Source: an uncultured Pelagibacteraceae bacterium (lineage in GTDB: Bacteria; Pseudomonadota; Alphaproteobacteria; Pelagibacterales; Pelagibacteraceae). Taken from it: a stretch of 64,000 nucleotides of DNA. The notes under the pieces were generated by a model. That model saw only the letters and a list, made by a program, of their open reading frames with translations, made no database searches and was not told where the DNA came from. Position 1 is the first letter of the stretch. Every line of letters begins with the position of its first letter. Location of the stretch: assembly GCA_902585265.1 (NCBI GenBank), contig CACICY010000004.1, positions 198-64,197 of the forward strand, in the 5' to 3' direction. The translations under genes and the position numbers were made by a program. Below, piece after piece: positions 1-10,117 of this stretch.

Positions 1-182
1 ATTATCCCTCCAGCTTTTCCTCTAGCACCAGAATGGATTTGAGCTTTGACAACCCATCTTGATCCACCAATTTCTCTAGCTTTATTCTCAGCATTCTCTG
101 GACTGTAAACAATTCCACCTCTAGGAATTGTTACCCCAAAGTTTGAAAGTATTTTTTTTGCTTGGTATTCGTGAATATCCAT
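1..182 (-). CDS. mtkA: Malate--CoA ligase (malate thiokinase) beta subunit / succinyl-CoA synthetase beta family, N-terminal part (runs off window)
   Basis: Manual translation from ATG at 182: [60 protein letters not shown]. This is the ATP-grasp N-terminus of SucC/MtkA. The YSPE and [10 protein letters not shown] variants and adjacency to malyl-CoA lyase favour MtkA over SucC. Not in ORF track. Confidence 0.75.
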   Translation of the reverse strand, partial: MDIHEYQAKKILSNFGVTIPRGGIVYSPENAENKAREIGGSRWVVKAQIHSGARGKAGGI

Positions 183-190
183 AATTTTAT

Positions 191-1129
191 TTATTTATTA
201 TGGATTAACTTGTCTATATTTACAATGTTCTCAGCCATTCTAGCTGATGCAGCATCTATCATCCTGCCATCAAGTTGAGCAGCTCCTTTGCCCTCTTTGG
301 CAGCCTTTTCTAGCTCTTCTAAGATCCTTTTAGCTTTAGTAACCTCTGCTTCTGGCGGAGAGAATACATTGTTTGCTAGTTCAATTTGTGAAGGATGTAT
401 TGCCCATTTACCCTCAATACCAATTGCAGCACCTCTTTTAGCAGCTGCTGTATAAGCATCTGGATCATTGAAATCTCCAAAAGGGCCATCAATTGCTCTT
501 ATACCATATGCTCTACAAGTCATTACTAATTCTGATAAACCATGATGCCACTGGTCTCCTGGATAATTTTCATTAAGCCCACCTATAACTGTAGTTCGTG
601 CTCTTAAGCTTGCAGCATAATCTGCTACACCAAAATGCAATGCCTCTAATCTTTCACTTGAAGTTGCAATTTCTTTGATATTCGACATACCTAATGCAGT
701 TTCAATTAAACACTCAATTCCAATTTTATTTTTTAATTTTTTATCTGTTTCAATTTGAGTTAATAAACAATCAACCATGTAAACATCACTTGCTGTTCCT
801 GCCTTTGGAACCAAAATCGTATCTACATTTTCTCCAGCTTGTTCAACAATCTCAATTAAATCTGAATACATATAATGAGTATCTAGACTATTTATTCTTA
901 CAGAAATAGTTTTACCACTACCTCTCCAATCCATTTCATTTAAAGCTTTAATAACATTTGCTCTTGCAGTTATTTTATCATTTGGAGAAACTGCATCTTC
1001 AAGATCTAAAAAAACATAATCGGCTGCTGAACTTAGAGCTTTTTCAAACATTTTAGGAGATGAACCTGGAACTGCTAATTCACTTCTTTGCAATCTTGAT
1101 CTTGCAGGCTTATAAAATTTATGGCTCAT
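191..1129 (-). CDS. mcl: L-malyl-CoA/beta-methylmalyl-CoA lyase (CitE/HpcH family)
   Basis: [42 protein letters not shown] and [10 protein letters not shown] are typical of Mcl. Confidence 0.85.
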   Translation of the reverse strand: MSHKFYKPARSRLQRSELAVPGSSPKMFEKALSSAADYVFLDLEDAVSPNDKITARANVIKALNEMDWRGSGKTISVRINSLDTHYMYSDLIEIVEQAGENVDTILVPKAGTASDVYMVDCLLTQIETDKKLKNKIGIECLIETALGMSNIKEIATSSERLEALHFGVADYAASLRARTTVIGGLNENYPGDQWHHGLSELVMTCRAYGIRAIDGPFGDFNDPDAYTAAAKRGAAIGIEGKWAIHPSQIELANNVFSPPEAEVTKAKRILEELEKAAKEGKGAAQLDGRMIDAASARMAENIVNIDKLIHNK

Positions 1130-1398
1130 TTTTTTCTTTTGTCTAATTCACTCATTACATCTTCAATCTTAATATTGTTTGCTTCAAGGTACATTGCAAG
1201 ATGATAAAATACATCTGCTGCTTCATGAATTTTATTTGTATCTTCTTCTACTGCCTCTATCAATTCATTTATTTCCTCAAGCACTTTGGCTTTGCTTAAA
1301 GATTTGTCACTCAGAAGTTTATTAGTATAAGAACCATCAACTGGTGAAGATTTTCTTTCTCTTGCAAGTTTAAACAGGCTCTCAAGGGTATTTAGCAT
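1126..1398 (-). CDS. hisE: Phosphoribosyl-ATP diphosphatase
   Basis: SYTNKLL, KVLEE, EAADVFYH motifs; downstream of hisF. Confidence 0.92.
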   Translation of the reverse strand: MLNTLESLFKLARERKSSPVDGSYTNKLLSDKSLSKAKVLEEINELIEAVEEDTNKIHEAADVFYHLAMYLEANNIKIEDVMSELDKRKK

Positions 1399-1399
1399 C

Positions 1400-2155
1400 T
1401 CAAATCCTAACAGGTATTCCTTTTGAGTCCAAATATTCTTTAGCTTCCTTAACAGAATATTTACCGTAGTGAAATATAGAAGCTGCTAAAACCGCACTAG
1501 CATTGCCTAATTTGATGCCATCTACTAAGTGATCAAGATCACCAACTCCTCCTGATGCTATTGTGGGTATGTTTACCATTGAAGAAATTTTAGACATAAG
1601 ATCAATGTCATAACCTACCTGAGTACCATCTCTATCCATTGAAGTGACCAACAACTCACCTGCACCACTCTCTTCCATCTTTTTAGCAAACTCTAAAGCG
1701 TTAATTCCAGTATTTTTTCGTCCTCCATGAGTAAAAACTTCCCATTTCTCTCCATTTTTCTTAGCATCAATTGCAACGACAATACATTGAGAACCAAATT
1801 TTTTTGAGCTTTGAACTACTACATCTGCGTTTTGAACAGCAGCGGTATTAATTGAAACTTTATCAGCTCCGCAGTTTAAAAGTTTACTAATATCTTCTAC
1901 ACTTCTTACTCCACCTCCAACTGTTAAAGGTACAAAACATTTTTTTGAAGTATCTTTCACTACTTCGTAAATAGTATCTCTATTTTCATTTGAAGCTGTA
2001 ATATCTAAAAAACAAATTTCATCAGCACCGCCATCACTATAAATTTTAGCTTGCTCCACTGGGTCACCTGCGTCTTGTAAATCTACAAAATTTATTCCTT
2101 TTACGACTCTTCCGTTTTTAACATCTAAACAGGGTATAATTCTATTTTTAAGCAT
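1400..2155 (-). CDS. hisF: Imidazole glycerol phosphate synthase cyclase subunit
   Basis: [42 protein letters not shown]. Confidence 0.98.
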   Translation of the reverse strand: MLKNRIIPCLDVKNGRVVKGINFVDLQDAGDPVEQAKIYSDGGADEICFLDITASNENRDTIYEVVKDTSKKCFVPLTVGGGVRSVEDISKLLNCGADKVSINTAAVQNADVVVQSSKKFGSQCIVVAIDAKKNGEKWEVFTHGGRKNTGINALEFAKKMEESGAGELLVTSMDRDGTQVGYDIDLMSKISSMVNIPTIASGGVGDLDHLVDGIKLGNASAVLAASIFHYGKYSVKEAKEYLDSKGIPVRI

Positions 2156-2873
2156 CTATCTCTTTTGCAAGTTCATCTAATTTAATATCACCATCATATA
2201 TAGCTTTACCAACTATAATTCCTTCAATATTTTTATTTCCTAATTCTTTTGCCTTTTTAATATCATTAATTGAAGAAACTCCCCCAGAAATAATCACTGG
2301 ACAATTTGAATTATTAGCAACATTTTCTGTTTCATCAAAATTTGGACTTAACTTCATTCCATCTCTATTTATGTCTGTATAAATTAACCTGGTAGCACCA
2401 TACTCATTTACATCTTTTAAAAAATCTAAAGTCTTTAGATTAGAATTTTCTTTCCATCCAGATACAGATAAGTAACCATCTTTAGCATCTAAACCTAAAG
2501 CAATTTTATCTGGAAATTTTTGACAAGCTTCTTTTAAAAAATTTTTATTTTTTATTGCAGCACTTCCTAAAATTACTTTCTCTACTCCAGCATCAGTATA
2601 TTTTTGAATACTCTCAAAGTTTCTTACACCACCACCTATTTCAATTTTAAGATCAAATTTTCCAACAATTTCCTCAATAATATCAATATTTACAGTCTCT
2701 CCTGTTAATGCTCCATCAAGGTCGACAATGTGCAAGTTTCTAAATCCATGATCTTTATATTTACCTGCTTGATCAACTGGGGACATGTCATATTCAGTTT
2801 TATTATTAAAGTCTCCTTTAATTAATCTTACACACTTTTGATCTTTGATGTCTATTGCAGGAAATATTTTCAT
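2148..2873 (-). CDS. hisA: ProFAR isomerase
   Basis: [39 protein letters not shown]. Confidence 0.97.
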   Translation of the reverse strand: MKIFPAIDIKDQKCVRLIKGDFNNKTEYDMSPVDQAGKYKDHGFRNLHIVDLDGALTGETVNIDIIEEIVGKFDLKIEIGGGVRNFESIQKYTDAGVEKVILGSAAIKNKNFLKEACQKFPDKIALGLDAKDGYLSVSGWKENSNLKTLDFLKDVNEYGATRLIYTDINRDGMKLSPNFDETENVANNSNCPVIISGGVSSINDIKKAKELGNKNIEGIIVGKAIYDGDIKLDELAKEIDA

Positions 2874-3754
2874 TTAAAAGTCTGACTTTCTATATCCTTA
2901 CAAGAGTATCCTAATTCCTTAAGTTTAAGTTTTTTACATTTATTTCCATGTCTAACTTCATCATAATATGCAACTTGAGTAGGATCTGGACCAGGTGTCT
3001 TAGAAAGAAAAGATCTATATATACCTATGTGAAAAAGCATATCGTCTATTTTTTCTTGAGTCATGCCTGTGTGTTGAGCTTTTAGTTTCCCATTTACCCA
3101 AACTTTAAAAAAACCATCTTTTTTATTTGTCCATTTTGCATTTACCAGAACATCTGTCCATTTACCTAACATATCTTTCTGATCAATTAGTAGTTTAGGA
3201 TTATTATTATTACCCCCAACATAACTATCAACCTCTAACCAATAACCTCCTGGAATAAGAACTCCTTGATTTTCAAAAGTAAAAGCTGGTGGGTTGTCAC
3301 CATCATTATGAAATTGACCTAACATAGTTCTAATTGGAAAGACTACATTGTAATCTTTTGGTAAATATATCGACCATGCAGTCCAAGTTATTTTTTTATT
3401 TATACAACAAATTTTAAGTTCTACTCTCTCTCTATCATTTTTTTTGTCCCAACCCCAACCATTACCATGTCTTACCTCAAATCTTAATGATTGCTTTCCT
3501 AGTCTCACTGGATAGTCGTCAGCCTTGTTAACAATTTTTAATACGTGTTTTCTAGTTTTTTTTTCACTTTTAAGAATATCACTATTATTAATTTCCCAAT
3601 TATTTTTAATTGAACCATCAAGAAATTTTACATTTTTAAAACCCATTACTAAATCTTTATTTTTTTTAATTTCTTTTAAAATGTTTTCGACATCTGCATT
3701 ACTAAAATTTGTAAAAGATAATAAAATTGAAATTACGTAAATAAGAATTTTCAT
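2870..3754 (-). CDS. Secreted polysaccharide-lyase-like (heparin lyase I / Polysacc_lyase-type beta-jelly-roll) protein
   Basis: N-terminal signal peptide (MKILIYVISILLSFTNFSNA); SLRFEVRHG, DRERVEL, LGQFH, GKWTD, DGFFKVWVNG, HIGIYRS, YYDEV pattern recalled for this family; substrate unknown. Confidence 0.6.
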   Translation of the reverse strand: MKILIYVISILLSFTNFSNADVENILKEIKKNKDLVMGFKNVKFLDGSIKNNWEINNSDILKSEKKTRKHVLKIVNKADDYPVRLGKQSLRFEVRHGNGWGWDKKNDRERVELKICCINKKITWTAWSIYLPKDYNVVFPIRTMLGQFHNDGDNPPAFTFENQGVLIPGGYWLEVDSYVGGNNNNPKLLIDQKDMLGKWTDVLVNAKWTNKKDGFFKVWVNGKLKAQHTGMTQEKIDDMLFHIGIYRSFLSKTPGPDPTQVAYYDEVRHGNKCKKLKLKELGYSCKDIESQTFK

Positions 3755-3758
3755 TATT

Positions 3759-4385
3759 TTAGATATTTATAAAGTTACTTATTATTTTTAGCCCTATTTT
3801 ATCGCTCTTTTCAGGGTGAAATTGAGTACCAAATATGTTTTCATTTTCAACAGCACAAACAACATTAGATGAGTAATCAGTTGTTGCTGAAATTACAGAT
3901 TTATCCTCAGGTACAAATTCATAACTGTGAACGAAGTACATGTGAGAATTATTTTCTATGCCTTTAAAAATCTTACTTTCTTTCTTAATATTAATTTCAT
4001 TCCAACCAATGTGTGGAAGCTTAAATTTATCGCCTTGGTTATCAATTTTAGAAACTTTACCAGAAATCCAACCTAATCCTTTAGTCTCAACTTCTTCATA
4101 TCCAATATCTGCAAACATTTGCAGACCAACACAAATTCCAAGAAGTGGTTTTTTACTTTCTAATGCAAATTCATTAAGAGTATCTATCAAGCCGTTAATA
4201 CTATTGAGACCATCAATACAGCTTTTAAAGGATCCTTGTCCGGGTAGTACAACTTTGTCGCTAGTTTTTATAGTTGCAAGATCTGCTGTTACTTCAATGT
4301 TTACTTTGTCTTTTGCAACTTCCTTAAACGAATTTATTACAGAACTTATGTTCCCTGAATTGTAGTCAACAATTGTGACATTCAT
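3759..4385 (-). CDS. hisH: Imidazole glycerol phosphate synthase glutaminase subunit
   Basis: VDYNSGN, LGICVGLQ, PHIGWN, YFVHSY, QFHPEKS. Confidence 0.97.
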   Translation of the reverse strand: MNVTIVDYNSGNISSVINSFKEVAKDKVNIEVTADLATIKTSDKVVLPGQGSFKSCIDGLNSINGLIDTLNEFALESKKPLLGICVGLQMFADIGYEEVETKGLGWISGKVSKIDNQGDKFKLPHIGWNEINIKKESKIFKGIENNSHMYFVHSYEFVPEDKSVISATTDYSSNVVCAVENENIFGTQFHPEKSDKIGLKIISNFINI

Positions 4386-4390
4386 TAAAT

Positions 4391-4981
4391 TTATAAAGAA
4401 CCTTTTGTAGAAGGTATTGTAGTTTTGTTTCTTGGATCCATTTCTAAAGCAGCTCGTAATGATCTTGCTAATCCTTTAAAGCAAGACTCGATAATGTGGT
4501 GACTATTATCACCATAGATATTTTCAATGTGTAAAGTAATTCCTGCAGCTTGTGAAAAAGCTTGGAACCATTCTTTAAATAGTTCCGTATCCATCTCACC
4601 TAATTTTTCTACTTTCAATTTTACTTTCCAAATTAAATAAGGTCTATTTGAAACATCGATTGCAACTCTAGTTAATGTTTCATCCATCGGAATCATCGCA
4701 TGTGCATATCTTTTTATACCAACAAATTTTTTAGATGCTTTTTTCAAACATTCACCAACTGCAATTCCAGTATCTTCAGTTGTGTGGTGAAGATCAATGT
4801 GCGTATCACCTTTAGCTTTAATATTCATATCCATTGAAGAGTGTTTTGATAATTGCTCAAGCATGTGATCTAAAAATCCTATACCTGTGTCAACTTTGTA
4901 CTTACCCTTACCATCAATATTTAAATCAACACTGATGTTAGTCTCTTTTGTTTTTCTACTTATTTTGGCTCTACGTTTCAT
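4391..4981 (-). CDS. hisB: Imidazoleglycerol-phosphate dehydratase
   Basis: [35 protein letters not shown]. Confidence 0.98.
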   Translation of the reverse strand: MKRRAKISRKTKETNISVDLNIDGKGKYKVDTGIGFLDHMLEQLSKHSSMDMNIKAKGDTHIDLHHTTEDTGIAVGECLKKASKKFVGIKRYAHAMIPMDETLTRVAIDVSNRPYLIWKVKLKVEKLGEMDTELFKEWFQAFSQAAGITLHIENIYGDNSHHIIESCFKGLARSLRAALEMDPRNKTTIPSTKGSL

Positions 4982-5037
4982 AATCTGAAAAAGGTATATA
5001 TCTATTATTCAATTATGGCAATAATTCTAGCCTTGGT

Positions 5038-5067
5038 CTTGAACTATTGTATTTAGTATCCATCTAT
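5038..5067 (+). promoter_or_regulatory. Putative RpoH (sigma32) promoter of hslVU
   Basis: CTTGAA (5038-5043), 16 nt spacer, CCATCTAT (5060-5067), ending 5 nt before the hslV ATG; matches the alphaproteobacterial RpoH consensus. Confidence 0.6.
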
Positions 5068-5072
5068 ATCCC

Positions 5073-5588
5073 ATGACGACGATAGTATTAGTAAGAAAAA
5101 ACAATGAAGTAGTAGTTGCTGGTGATGGCCAAGTAAGTATGGGAAATACTGTTATCAAGAAAACTGCAAATAAAGTTCGTAAGATTGAGAAAAGAAATGT
5201 GATTGCAGGATTTGCCGGATCTACTGCAGATGCTTTAACATTATTTGAGAGATTAGAGTCTAAGTTAGAAAAACATGCTGGAAATCTAGCAAGAGCAGCA
5301 GTCGAATTAGCTAAGGATTGGCGAACTGATAAATATTTAAGAAGATTAGAAGCCTTAATGGCTGTTGGTGATAAAGAAAATAGTTTTATTATTTCAGGAA
5401 CTGGCGATGTTTTAGAGCCTGAGGGAGACGTTATTGGAATAGGTTCTGGTGGAAATTATGCATTAGCTTCAGCAAAGGTATTAATGGATACAGATTTATC
5501 TGCAGAAGAAGTTGCCAAAAAAGCAATTAAAGTTGCTTCTGAAATATGTGTTTTCACTAATGATAATTTAAATATAGAGAAAATTTAA
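5073..5588 (+). CDS. hslV: ATP-dependent protease subunit HslV
   Basis: N-terminal TTI nucleophile, [32 protein letters not shown]. Confidence 0.98.
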   Translation: MTTIVLVRKNNEVVVAGDGQVSMGNTVIKKTANKVRKIEKRNVIAGFAGSTADALTLFERLESKLEKHAGNLARAAVELAKDWRTDKYLRRLEALMAVGDKENSFIISGTGDVLEPEGDVIGIGSGGNYALASAKVLMDTDLSAEEVAKKAIKVASEICVFTNDNLNIEKI

Positions 5589-5589
5589 G

Positions 5590-6960
5590 ATGGAAAAATC
5601 AAACGTCACAACACTACCAAACGCTAAAGTAAAAAAAGAGAAAAATAACATTCAAAATTCATTATCTCCAAGAGAAATAGTTTCTGAATTAGATAGATTT
5701 GTTGTTGGTCAAAACAATGCAAAAAGAGCTGTTGCAATTGCTTTAAGAAATAGATGGAGAAGACAAGCTCTAGAAGGTGACATGAAAGATGAAGTTCTTC
5801 CAAAAAATATTTTAATGATGGGGCCTACTGGAGTTGGTAAAACAGAAATATCTAGAAGATTATCTAAACTAGCCGAAGCACCATTTGTAAAAGTTGAAGC
5901 AACAAGATTTACCGAAGTTGGATATGTTGGAAGGGACGTAGAACAAATCATAAGAGACCTTCTTGAAATTGCAATTGCAATGGAAAAAGTGAAAAAAAGA
6001 AAAGAAGTTCATGCTAAAGCACAAAAGTTAGCAGAAGATAGAGTTCTTGATGCAATTGTTGGAAATAAAGCAAGTGTTGCAACAAGAGAAAGTTTTAGAA
6101 AAAGATTAAGAGATGGCGATTTAGATGATAACGAAATAGAGATTGCTGTTACAGAAAGTGGCGGTGGAATGCCGTCATTTGAAATTCCTGGGATGCCTGG
6201 TGCAAATGTTGGAATGATTAATATTTCAGACATGTTAGGAAAATCTATGGGCCAAAAAGCTAAAAAGAAAAAAATGTTAGTAAAAGAGTCTCATGAAATA
6301 TTACTAAACGAAGAAGCTGATAAATTAATAGAACAAGATAAAATTATTAAATCAGCAAAAAATACGACTGAGAACAACGGTATCGTATTTTTAGATGAAA
6401 TAGATAAAATCTCAGCAAGAACTGATAGAGTTGGAGGAGATGTTTCCAGAGAAGGTGTTCAAAGAGATTTACTTCCTTTAATTGAAGGGACAACTGTGAG
6501 CACTAAATATGGTCCAATTAAAACAGATCACATATTATTTATAGCTTCAGGAGCTTTCCAATTAGCAAAACCATCAGATCTATTACCTGAGCTTCAAGGA
6601 AGATTACCAATCAGAGTTGAGCTAGATGCTTTAAATAGTGAGGATTTTAAGCGAATTTTAAAAGAGCCAGACAATAGTTTAATAAAACAATACAAAGCAT
6701 TACTTCAAACTGAAAATGTAGATTTAGAATTTACTGAAGATGGAATTGATACAATTGCAACAATTGCAAGTGAAGTTAATACAACAGTTGAAAATATTGG
6801 CGCTAGAAGACTGCATACTATAATTGAAAGAGTTTTGGATGATATTAGTTTTACAGCAACAGATAGGGCTGGTGAAAAGATCAGTATAGACTCGGATTAT
6901 ATTAAGAAAAATATTGGTGAGCTTGTTAAGGACGCAGACCTATCTAAGTTTATTTTGTAA
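5590..6960 (+). CDS. hslU: ATP-dependent protease ATPase subunit HslU
   Basis: [44 protein letters not shown]. Confidence 0.98.
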   Translation: MEKSNVTTLPNAKVKKEKNNIQNSLSPREIVSELDRFVVGQNNAKRAVAIALRNRWRRQALEGDMKDEVLPKNILMMGPTGVGKTEISRRLSKLAEAPFVKVEATRFTEVGYVGRDVEQIIRDLLEIAIAMEKVKKRKEVHAKAQKLAEDRVLDAIVGNKASVATRESFRKRLRDGDLDDNEIEIAVTESGGGMPSFEIPGMPGANVGMINISDMLGKSMGQKAKKKKMLVKESHEILLNEEADKLIEQDKIIKSAKNTTENNGIVFLDEIDKISARTDRVGGDVSREGVQRDLLPLIEGTTVSTKYGPIKTDHILFIASGAFQLAKPSDLLPELQGRLPIRVELDALNSEDFKRILKEPDNSLIKQYKALLQTENVDLEFTEDGIDTIATIASEVNTTVENIGARRLHTIIERVLDDISFTATDRAGEKISIDSDYIKKNIGELVKDADLSKFIL

Positions 6961-6963
6961 ATA

Positions 6964-7380
6964 TTACTTTTTTTTTCTTAAAAAAATATCAAAATTTCCA
7001 ATGGATGGGTTTTCAACAGCCTCAAAATCAATACTTATAATTTTTTTCATTAAATGATCATTACCTCTAATAAAATTAGGTACTGAGTGTTTTAATATGC
7101 TCAAATTGCTAGATTGATATGGGTCATTTAAATTTTTAGATCTAAGACCTTTTCCTGTAATGACACTAATTTTGTTAACTCCATTTGCATAACATTCTTC
7201 AATGTAAGAATTCATCTTTTGATTTGCTTCCTCTAAGGTATAACCGTGCAAATCAATAGATCTTTCAATATATCTTTTAGGTGTTGAAGAAATTTTTTGA
7301 TCTTTATTTTCTAGTTTGTCAGAACTATTTAAGAAATTTTGCCAATCCTGTTTATCTTTATCTGATATTTTTTTACTCAA
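6964..7380 (-). CDS. Smr/MutS2 C-terminal domain protein
   Basis: IDLHGYTLEEA and VITGKG motifs; TTG start immediately after the Tim44-gene stop. Confidence 0.85.
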   Translation of the reverse strand: MSKKISDKDKQDWQNFLNSSDKLENKDQKISSTPKRYIERSIDLHGYTLEEANQKMNSYIEECYANGVNKISVITGKGLRSKNLNDPYQSSNLSILKHSVPNFIRGNDHLMKKIISIDFEAVENPSIGNFDIFLRKKK

Positions 7381-7971
7381 CTAAGCTTGGGTATCTACTA
7401 TTAACCAGTTAGGATTTTTTGAAGTACTGTCTTTTGTAAATTTCCAAGTATCTAACACTTTTTTAACTTTTTTAGCATCACCTGAAATAATTTTATTATC
7501 TTTATCTTTAATGCAAGATATAATTTCACTCACAAATTCAACACTTACTTCAAGCATATTTTTATTTTGATTATGCTCTTTTATCTCTGCGGAATTAATA
7601 CCTATAAATGTAGTTTCTGAGGTAACATTTCTTGCTTTTTTATCTTTAATAGCTTCATCAAATTGGTCATAGACATTTTTTGCTAAAAGATTTTTTATTG
7701 ATTTTAAATCTCCTTTAGAAAAACTAGTAATAATACTTTCATAAGCAATTTTAGCGCCATTTAGGAAATCTTTTTTTGCTGCATCATCAAAAGTTTCAGC
7801 ATTTAAAATGGGAGAATTTTTTGTTTCTGGAGCCTCCTCGTGAGGAAAACTTGAATTAATATTTTCCTCAAATCCGGTTTTTTTACCTAAAATCCCTCTT
7901 AATCTCAGAAAAATAAATCCTGCGATCATTGCTAATAGTATTATATCGATGTATTCAAAGCTATAACTCAT
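7381..7971 (-). CDS. Tim44/TimA family membrane-anchored protein
   Basis: TM anchor IILLAMIAGFIFLRLRGILG, FLNGAKIAYE, DTWKF...NPNW; probable start ATG 7971 rather than the track's 8013; usual location opposite fxsA-secB. Confidence 0.85.
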   Translation of the reverse strand: MSYSFEYIDIILLAMIAGFIFLRLRGILGKKTGFEENINSSFPHEEAPETKNSPILNAETFDDAAKKDFLNGAKIAYESIITSFSKGDLKSIKNLLAKNVYDQFDEAIKDKKARNVTSETTFIGINSAEIKEHNQNKNMLEVSVEFVSEIISCIKDKDNKIISGDAKKVKKVLDTWKFTKDSTSKNPNWLIVDTQA

Positions 7972-8029
7972 ATGTTGATAATATTTACTATGTTGATTAA
8001 TTTCAACCTGCAATTTACATTATAGACAA

Positions 8030-8452
8030 ATGAACACAGCAATAATTCTTATTTTAGGGATCCCTCTAATCGAAATCTACTTATTCATTAAAGTTGGCTC
8101 TCAAATAGGAGCTTTAAATACAATTTTGCTTATACTTACTACAGCAGTTGTTGGCATTTGGTATGCGAGATATGAGGGATTTAATACCTTGCGTTCAGGC
8201 ATGTCTCAATTGGTCAAAAATGAAGTTCCTTTGTATGAAATGGTTTCTGGAGCTGCAATTGCGTTTGCAGCTTTGCTTTTAATACTTCCTGGATTTGCGA
8301 CTGACATAGTTGGGGTTTTACTAGTCTTTCCAGTTACGAGAAAAATAATACTTAAAAAATACTCAAAAAAATATTCATCAAAGAAAAAACCAAAAGAAAA
8401 TAATCTTGTTGAAGGTGAATATGAGGATATAGAAGATAAAGATGGAAGATAA
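8030..8452 (+). CDS. fxsA: FxsA family membrane protein
   Basis: PLIEIYLFIKVG, LLILPGFATD. Confidence 0.88.
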   Translation: MNTAIILILGIPLIEIYLFIKVGSQIGALNTILLILTTAVVGIWYARYEGFNTLRSGMSQLVKNEVPLYEMVSGAAIAFAALLLILPGFATDIVGVLLVFPVTRKIILKKYSKKYSSKKKPKENNLVEGEYEDIEDKDGR

Positions 8453-8864
8453 ATATAAAATAATAATAAGTTATATTCAAGATTTGTCAGTTGAAATTGC
8501 TAGTCCAGAAGCTTTGGTTACCATAAGGAATACTATTCCAGATTATAAAATGACTGTTGGCTTAAAATCAAAACCTTTAAAAAAAAAAATGATAGAAGTT
8601 TTAACAACATTAAGTTACGAAAATCAAAATAAGAAAATAGATAAAGGTATATTTCAGATTAAATATGCGACAGTAATCGATATATTAGATCCACAAATTA
8701 ATAAAACTGAATTAGAAAAGATAGTTCTATGTGATACCCCAACTAAAATATACCCAGAATTAGAACAAAAATTTTTAACTATACTCAGAGAGTCAGGTTT
8801 ACCAAATTTACAATTTGAGAAAAAAATTGATTTTGAGGAACTTTTTAAAAAAAGATTAAGTTAA
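8442..8864 (+). CDS. secB: Protein-export chaperone SecB (divergent)
   Basis: YIQDLSVE, P..IYP and IDFEELF motifs; fxsA-secB-dnaQ synteny. Confidence 0.7.
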   Translation: MEDKYKIIISYIQDLSVEIASPEALVTIRNTIPDYKMTVGLKSKPLKKKMIEVLTTLSYENQNKKIDKGIFQIKYATVIDILDPQINKTELEKIVLCDTPTKIYPELEQKFLTILRESGLPNLQFEKKIDFEELFKKRLS

Positions 8865-9526
8865 AAAAAATTTTTTTTTAAGTTTTTTTTAAGAAATTCT
8901 TTATGGTTTGATAATTCTTGTTCGGTTGGTAAAATAACTTTTTTATAATAATCTGACTGATCGTTTATTGAGGAAAGTTTACTCTCATTATTGTCTGATA
9001 AATTTAAGGTGGGTTCTTTTTGGTCTATTAAATTTATATATACTTTAGCAAGTAACTCACAGTCAATAAGAGCAGTATGTTTTTCTCTTTTGGAATTATC
9101 TATCCGAAATCTCTTGCATAAAGCATCAAGGCTAATACCAGATCCTGGAAACTTATTTCTTGCCAATTCTAATGTATCAATAACATTTGCATTGTTAATT
9201 TTTTGCTTTCCAATTAAAGCTAATTCATTATTGAGATGACCAATATCAAACTCGGCATTATGAATTATAATTTTTTTATCTTTGATAAAATCTAAAAAAT
9301 CATCAGCAATTTCAACGAATTTCTGCTTGGTTGATAAAAATTCATCAGAGTATCCATGAACCTCAAATGCCTTATCAGACACTTTCCTTTCTGGATTTAA
9401 ATAAAAATGAAATATATTTTTTGTTGGTATTAAATTGTCAAGCTCTATACATCCGATCTCAACAATCCTATGACCATCTCTTACAGACAAACCCGTTGTT
9501 TCAGTATCTAGAACTATTTCTTTCAT
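8861..9526 (-). CDS. dnaQ: DNA polymerase III epsilon subunit
   Basis: VLDTETTG, HNAEFD, SLDALC, HTALID. Confidence 0.97.
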   Translation of the reverse strand: MKEIVLDTETTGLSVRDGHRIVEIGCIELDNLIPTKNIFHFYLNPERKVSDKAFEVHGYSDEFLSTKQKFVEIADDFLDFIKDKKIIIHNAEFDIGHLNNELALIGKQKINNANVIDTLELARNKFPGSGISLDALCKRFRIDNSKREKHTALIDCELLAKVYINLIDQKEPTLNLSDNNESKLSSINDQSDYYKKVILPTEQELSNHKEFLKKNLKKNFF

Positions 9527-10094
9527 TAAAAATTTCTTCTTTAATTAGTTTAACTTTTTTTTTCATTACATTTATAGAAAAATTATTATTGATCACGTAA
9601 TTTGATAATTTTCTTTTTTTAGATAACATAACTTGACTCTCCTTAAGACTTCTAATTAATTTTTCATTAAAATTTGGTCTTTTTTTTAACCTCTCAAGGA
9701 CCTTGGAACTTTTAGAATTTACAAAGATTATTATATCTTTTTTTTTATTAAGATTATTTTCAATAAATAAAGGGATATCAAAGATGATCATACTGCGTTT
9801 TTTGTTTTTGTTTATAAATTTTTTCATTTTATCTCTAACCAAAGGATGAACAACAGAAGAAATTAATTTAAGATTTTTTTTATTTGAAACGATTGCTGAT
9901 ATGAGCTCTTTCTTTTTAATTGGAAATGATTTAATGAATTTTGGTAATTTTTTTCTTAAGTGAGTGAAGCATTTTTTATTTTTTCTGTAAATTAATTTTA
10001 CTTCATTATCTGCATTAAATACTGGGTATCCAAAAAGTTTTGAAATAAAAGATTTTCCTGAACCTATACCGCCAATTATCCCAACTCTAATCAT
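9501..10094 (-). CDS. coaE: Dephospho-CoA kinase
   Basis: GGIGSGKS P-loop, NAD, VHPLV, DIPLF; aroE-coaE-dnaQ synteny. Confidence 0.9.
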   Translation of the reverse strand: MIRVGIIGGIGSGKSFISKLFGYPVFNADNEVKLIYRKNKKCFTHLRKKLPKFIKSFPIKKKELISAIVSNKKNLKLISSVVHPLVRDKMKKFINKNKKRSMIIFDIPLFIENNLNKKKDIIIFVNSKSSKVLERLKKRPNFNEKLIRSLKESQVMLSKKRKLSNYVINNNFSINVMKKKVKLIKEEIFNERNSSRY

Positions 10095-10117
10095 TTTTAA
10101 TTTTAAAACTCATAATT

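Noticed and set aside
7972-8013. Extended N-termini given by the ORF track for Tim44 (8013), the ThiE-like gene (30907) and the deacetylase (54220)
   Set aside because: Downstream ATGs give more plausible N-termini and shorter overlaps
8860-8895. Long A/T homopolymer runs here and elsewhere (e.g. 22940-22953, 34718-34728, 62710-62720) as phase-variation tracts or frameshift sites
   Set aside because: Reading frames stay intact and the runs reflect Lys/Phe codons in a low-GC genome
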